From Blastocatellia bacterium (lineage in GTDB: Bacteria; Acidobacteriota; Blastocatellia; UBA7656), in assembly GCA_963765495.1 (NCBI GenBank), contig CAVXWP010000007.1, positions 448,001 through 512,000 on the forward strand: a stretch of DNA of 64,000 nt, in the 5' to 3' direction. Positions 62,423-64,000 of this stretch are shown here, piece after piece. The translations under genes and the position numbers were made by a program. Position 1 is the stretch's first letter, and each line of letters opens with the position of its first letter. A model generated the notes under the pieces. That model did not search any database. It was not told where the DNA came from and was given only the letters and a program-made list of their open reading frames with translations.

Positions 62423-62881
62423 GTGGATAACGACAAAGTAATAAGCAAACTCAACGATCTTATAGAGATATGCCGTGACGGGCAGCAAGGCTTCAAAGAA
62501 GCATCTGAAAACGCCGAGAACCCCGATCTGAAATCATTTTTTAATCAGGCAAGTCAACAACGTGCTCAATTCGCAGGCGAGCTTCAACAGGAAGTGCGCG
62601 GCCTGGGCGGCGATCCTGAAACTAGCGGTTCGGCTACGGGAGCCGCGCATCGCGCGTGGATAAATATCAAGGGGACACTTACCGGCAAGGACGATCATTC
62701 GATACTCAACGAAGTCGAAAGAGGCGAAGATTCGGCGGTCGAAACCTATCAGGAAGTGCTCAAAGACGGTCTCCCGACCAACATACTCACAATCGTAGAA
62801 AGACAGTTCCGATCAATCAAGCAGTCGCATGATCGCGTCAAGCAACTGCGCGACGCGAAATCCGCCACAAGCGGCAAGTAG
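62423..62881 (+). CDS. PA2169-family four-helix-bundle (ferritin-like) protein
   Basis: LNDLIE..RDG..GF, LGGDP, HRAWINIK, ERGED. Confidence 0.9.
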   Translation: MDNDKVISKLNDLIEICRDGQQGFKEASENAENPDLKSFFNQASQQRAQFAGELQQEVRGLGGDPETSGSATGAAHRAWINIKGTLTGKDDHSILNEVERGEDSAVETYQEVLKDGLPTNILTIVERQFRSIKQSHDRVKQLRDAKSATSGK

Positions 62882-62954
62882 CAAGCCTTTGGGCCGGAGG
62901 CAGAACGACCGATTCAAATGGTCGCCCTGTCTTCGGCCCGCTCCAGTCTTCAGA

Positions 62955-63191
62955 ATGAACAAAGATGAAATCAGAGCCGGTATCGAGCAGCTTGGATCGG
63001 AAGAGGCAAAGCTGCGCGAAGCGCTCGAAAAGCTTGAAGACGCGGTTCAAACCGCGCCCGGCTCACACGGTCCCGGCAGGCCCTCAGCCGAGACGATGAA
63101 AGCCGAGCGCGAGATCACTTCCATAGTTCTCCGCCTCAATGAAATAGACCGTAAACGCCAGGAACTTTCTGTAGCCTTGAATCTGAATTAA
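62955..63191 (+). CDS. hypothetical coiled-coil protein
   Basis: Helical-hairpin-like composition; fills the gap before gatC. Confidence 0.5.
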   Translation: MNKDEIRAGIEQLGSEEAKLREALEKLEDAVQTAPGSHGPGRPSAETMKAEREITSIVLRLNEIDRKRQELSVALNLN

Positions 63192-63313
63192 GCGATCCCC
63201 TCTCTCATCACCAATCCGGCAGCCTGAACTTGCGTTAGCTTTCGGGCGGTTGATAGCTCGCGGCGCGCTCCCTATAATTGGCAGGTTCATCACAGGTTCG
63301 AACAGGAGACTTT

Positions 63314-63616
63314 ATGTCTATAACGAAAGATGATGTTGAAAAGATAGCCACGCTTGCGAGGCTCGAGTTGACCGAGGGAGAGATGGAATCGTTCACCCAG
63401 CAACTCAGTGCAATTCTCGGATACATAGATAAACTGAATGAACTGGACACTACGGATGTCGAACCGATGTCGCACTGCTCTACGGCGGGTGGCGATACCG
63501 AGCATGCGCGCCGCGATGATATTGTCAGGCCGAGCCTCGGCCAGGAGCTTGCCACCGCTAATGCGCCTGACGCGGAAGCCGGGTACTTTAAGGTCCCGAA
63601 AGTCATCGGCGGGTAG
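63314..63616 (+). CDS. gatC: Asp/Glu-tRNA amidotransferase subunit C
   Basis: ITKDDVEKIATLARL, LDTTDVEP, NAP....YFKVPKV; AGGAG RBS. Confidence 0.95.
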   Translation: MSITKDDVEKIATLARLELTEGEMESFTQQLSAILGYIDKLNELDTTDVEPMSHCSTAGGDTEHARRDDIVRPSLGQELATANAPDAEAGYFKVPKVIGG

Positions 63617-63621
63617 ATGTT

Positions 63622-63712
63622 TAGTGATGGGTGATGCGTGATTTACCCGATTTGCAGTATGTCTTTAACAGGCAGAATTCCTGACAGTCACGCATCACCC
63701 ATCACCCATCAC
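63622..63712. repeat. TGATGCG-family palindromic repeat
   Basis: agtgatgggtgatgcgtga ... tcacgcatcacccatcacccatcact. Confidence 0.75.
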
Positions 63713-63716
63713 TGAA

Positions 63717-64000
63717 ATGGAGAGAGATTTGGAACTCAAGGAATTATCAATCAACACGATTCGCGAGCGGATAGCCGGGCGCAAGCTTAGCGCCGTCGAT
63801 GTCTGTCGCGCGGCTCTCGATCGGATAGAAGCCCGCGCGGAACTCAACGCATTCATAACCGTGATGGCAGACTCGGCGCTCGCGCAGGCCGAGCGCATTG
63901 ACCGAAGCGCCGAGCGAGGCGAACTGCTTCCTCCGCTCGCAGGCGCTTGTATCGCGATCAAAGACAACATGGTTATCAACGGCGTTCGCACTACGGCAGG
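63717..64000 (+). CDS. gatA: Asp/Glu-tRNA amidotransferase subunit A (5' part, runs off window)
   Basis: Manual translation ...LNAFIT...PLAGACIAIKDNM...RTTAG; follows gatC. Confidence 0.9.
   Translation, partial: MERDLELKELSINTIRERIAGRKLSAVDVCRAALDRIEARAELNAFITVMADSALAQAERIDRSAERGELLPPLAGACIAIKDNMVINGVRTTA

Overview
A ~55-60% GC bacterial chromosomal window. Gene content and style suggest Acidobacteriota (Blastocatellia-like); this is inference. The left part (1-27.9 kb) holds housekeeping and signalling genes: hemA-hemC, an ECF sigma factor, thiD, ispG, NUDIX-selD, a frameshifted GAF hybrid kinase, fused lptF/G, a Ser/Thr kinase-TPR protein, a repeat-rich secreted metzincin, a GMC oxidoreductase pair and tRNA-Pro. 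After tRNA-Pro lies a ~24 kb block with a double Ser/Thr kinase and a complete group 1h-type (high-affinity) [NiFe]-hydrogenase cluster (hhySL, accessory genes, hypABFCDE). That cluster is preceded by an unusual module: an apparently dead Cas4/RecB-like Fe-S protein, a second orphan small-subunit paralog, a PAS-PAS histidine kinase and a NarL-type regulator, which together look like a candidate H2/redox-sensing system. The window also contains two unannotated candidate selenoproteins, consistent with selD in the same window. One is a signal peptide-TlpA-UxxU-outer-membrane beta-barrel fusion (52247-53713); the other is a small FDAT-U-LGAV protein (59568-59910). Both have SECIS-like hairpins with an apical GU at +19/+20. 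The right end carries a TonB-dependent receptor, acyP, apt, an atypical tRNA-Arg(CCT), a PD-(D/E)XK nuclease, an M28 peptidase, HugZ-like, gatC and partial gatA. Intergenic regions are full of short-period palindromic repeats.
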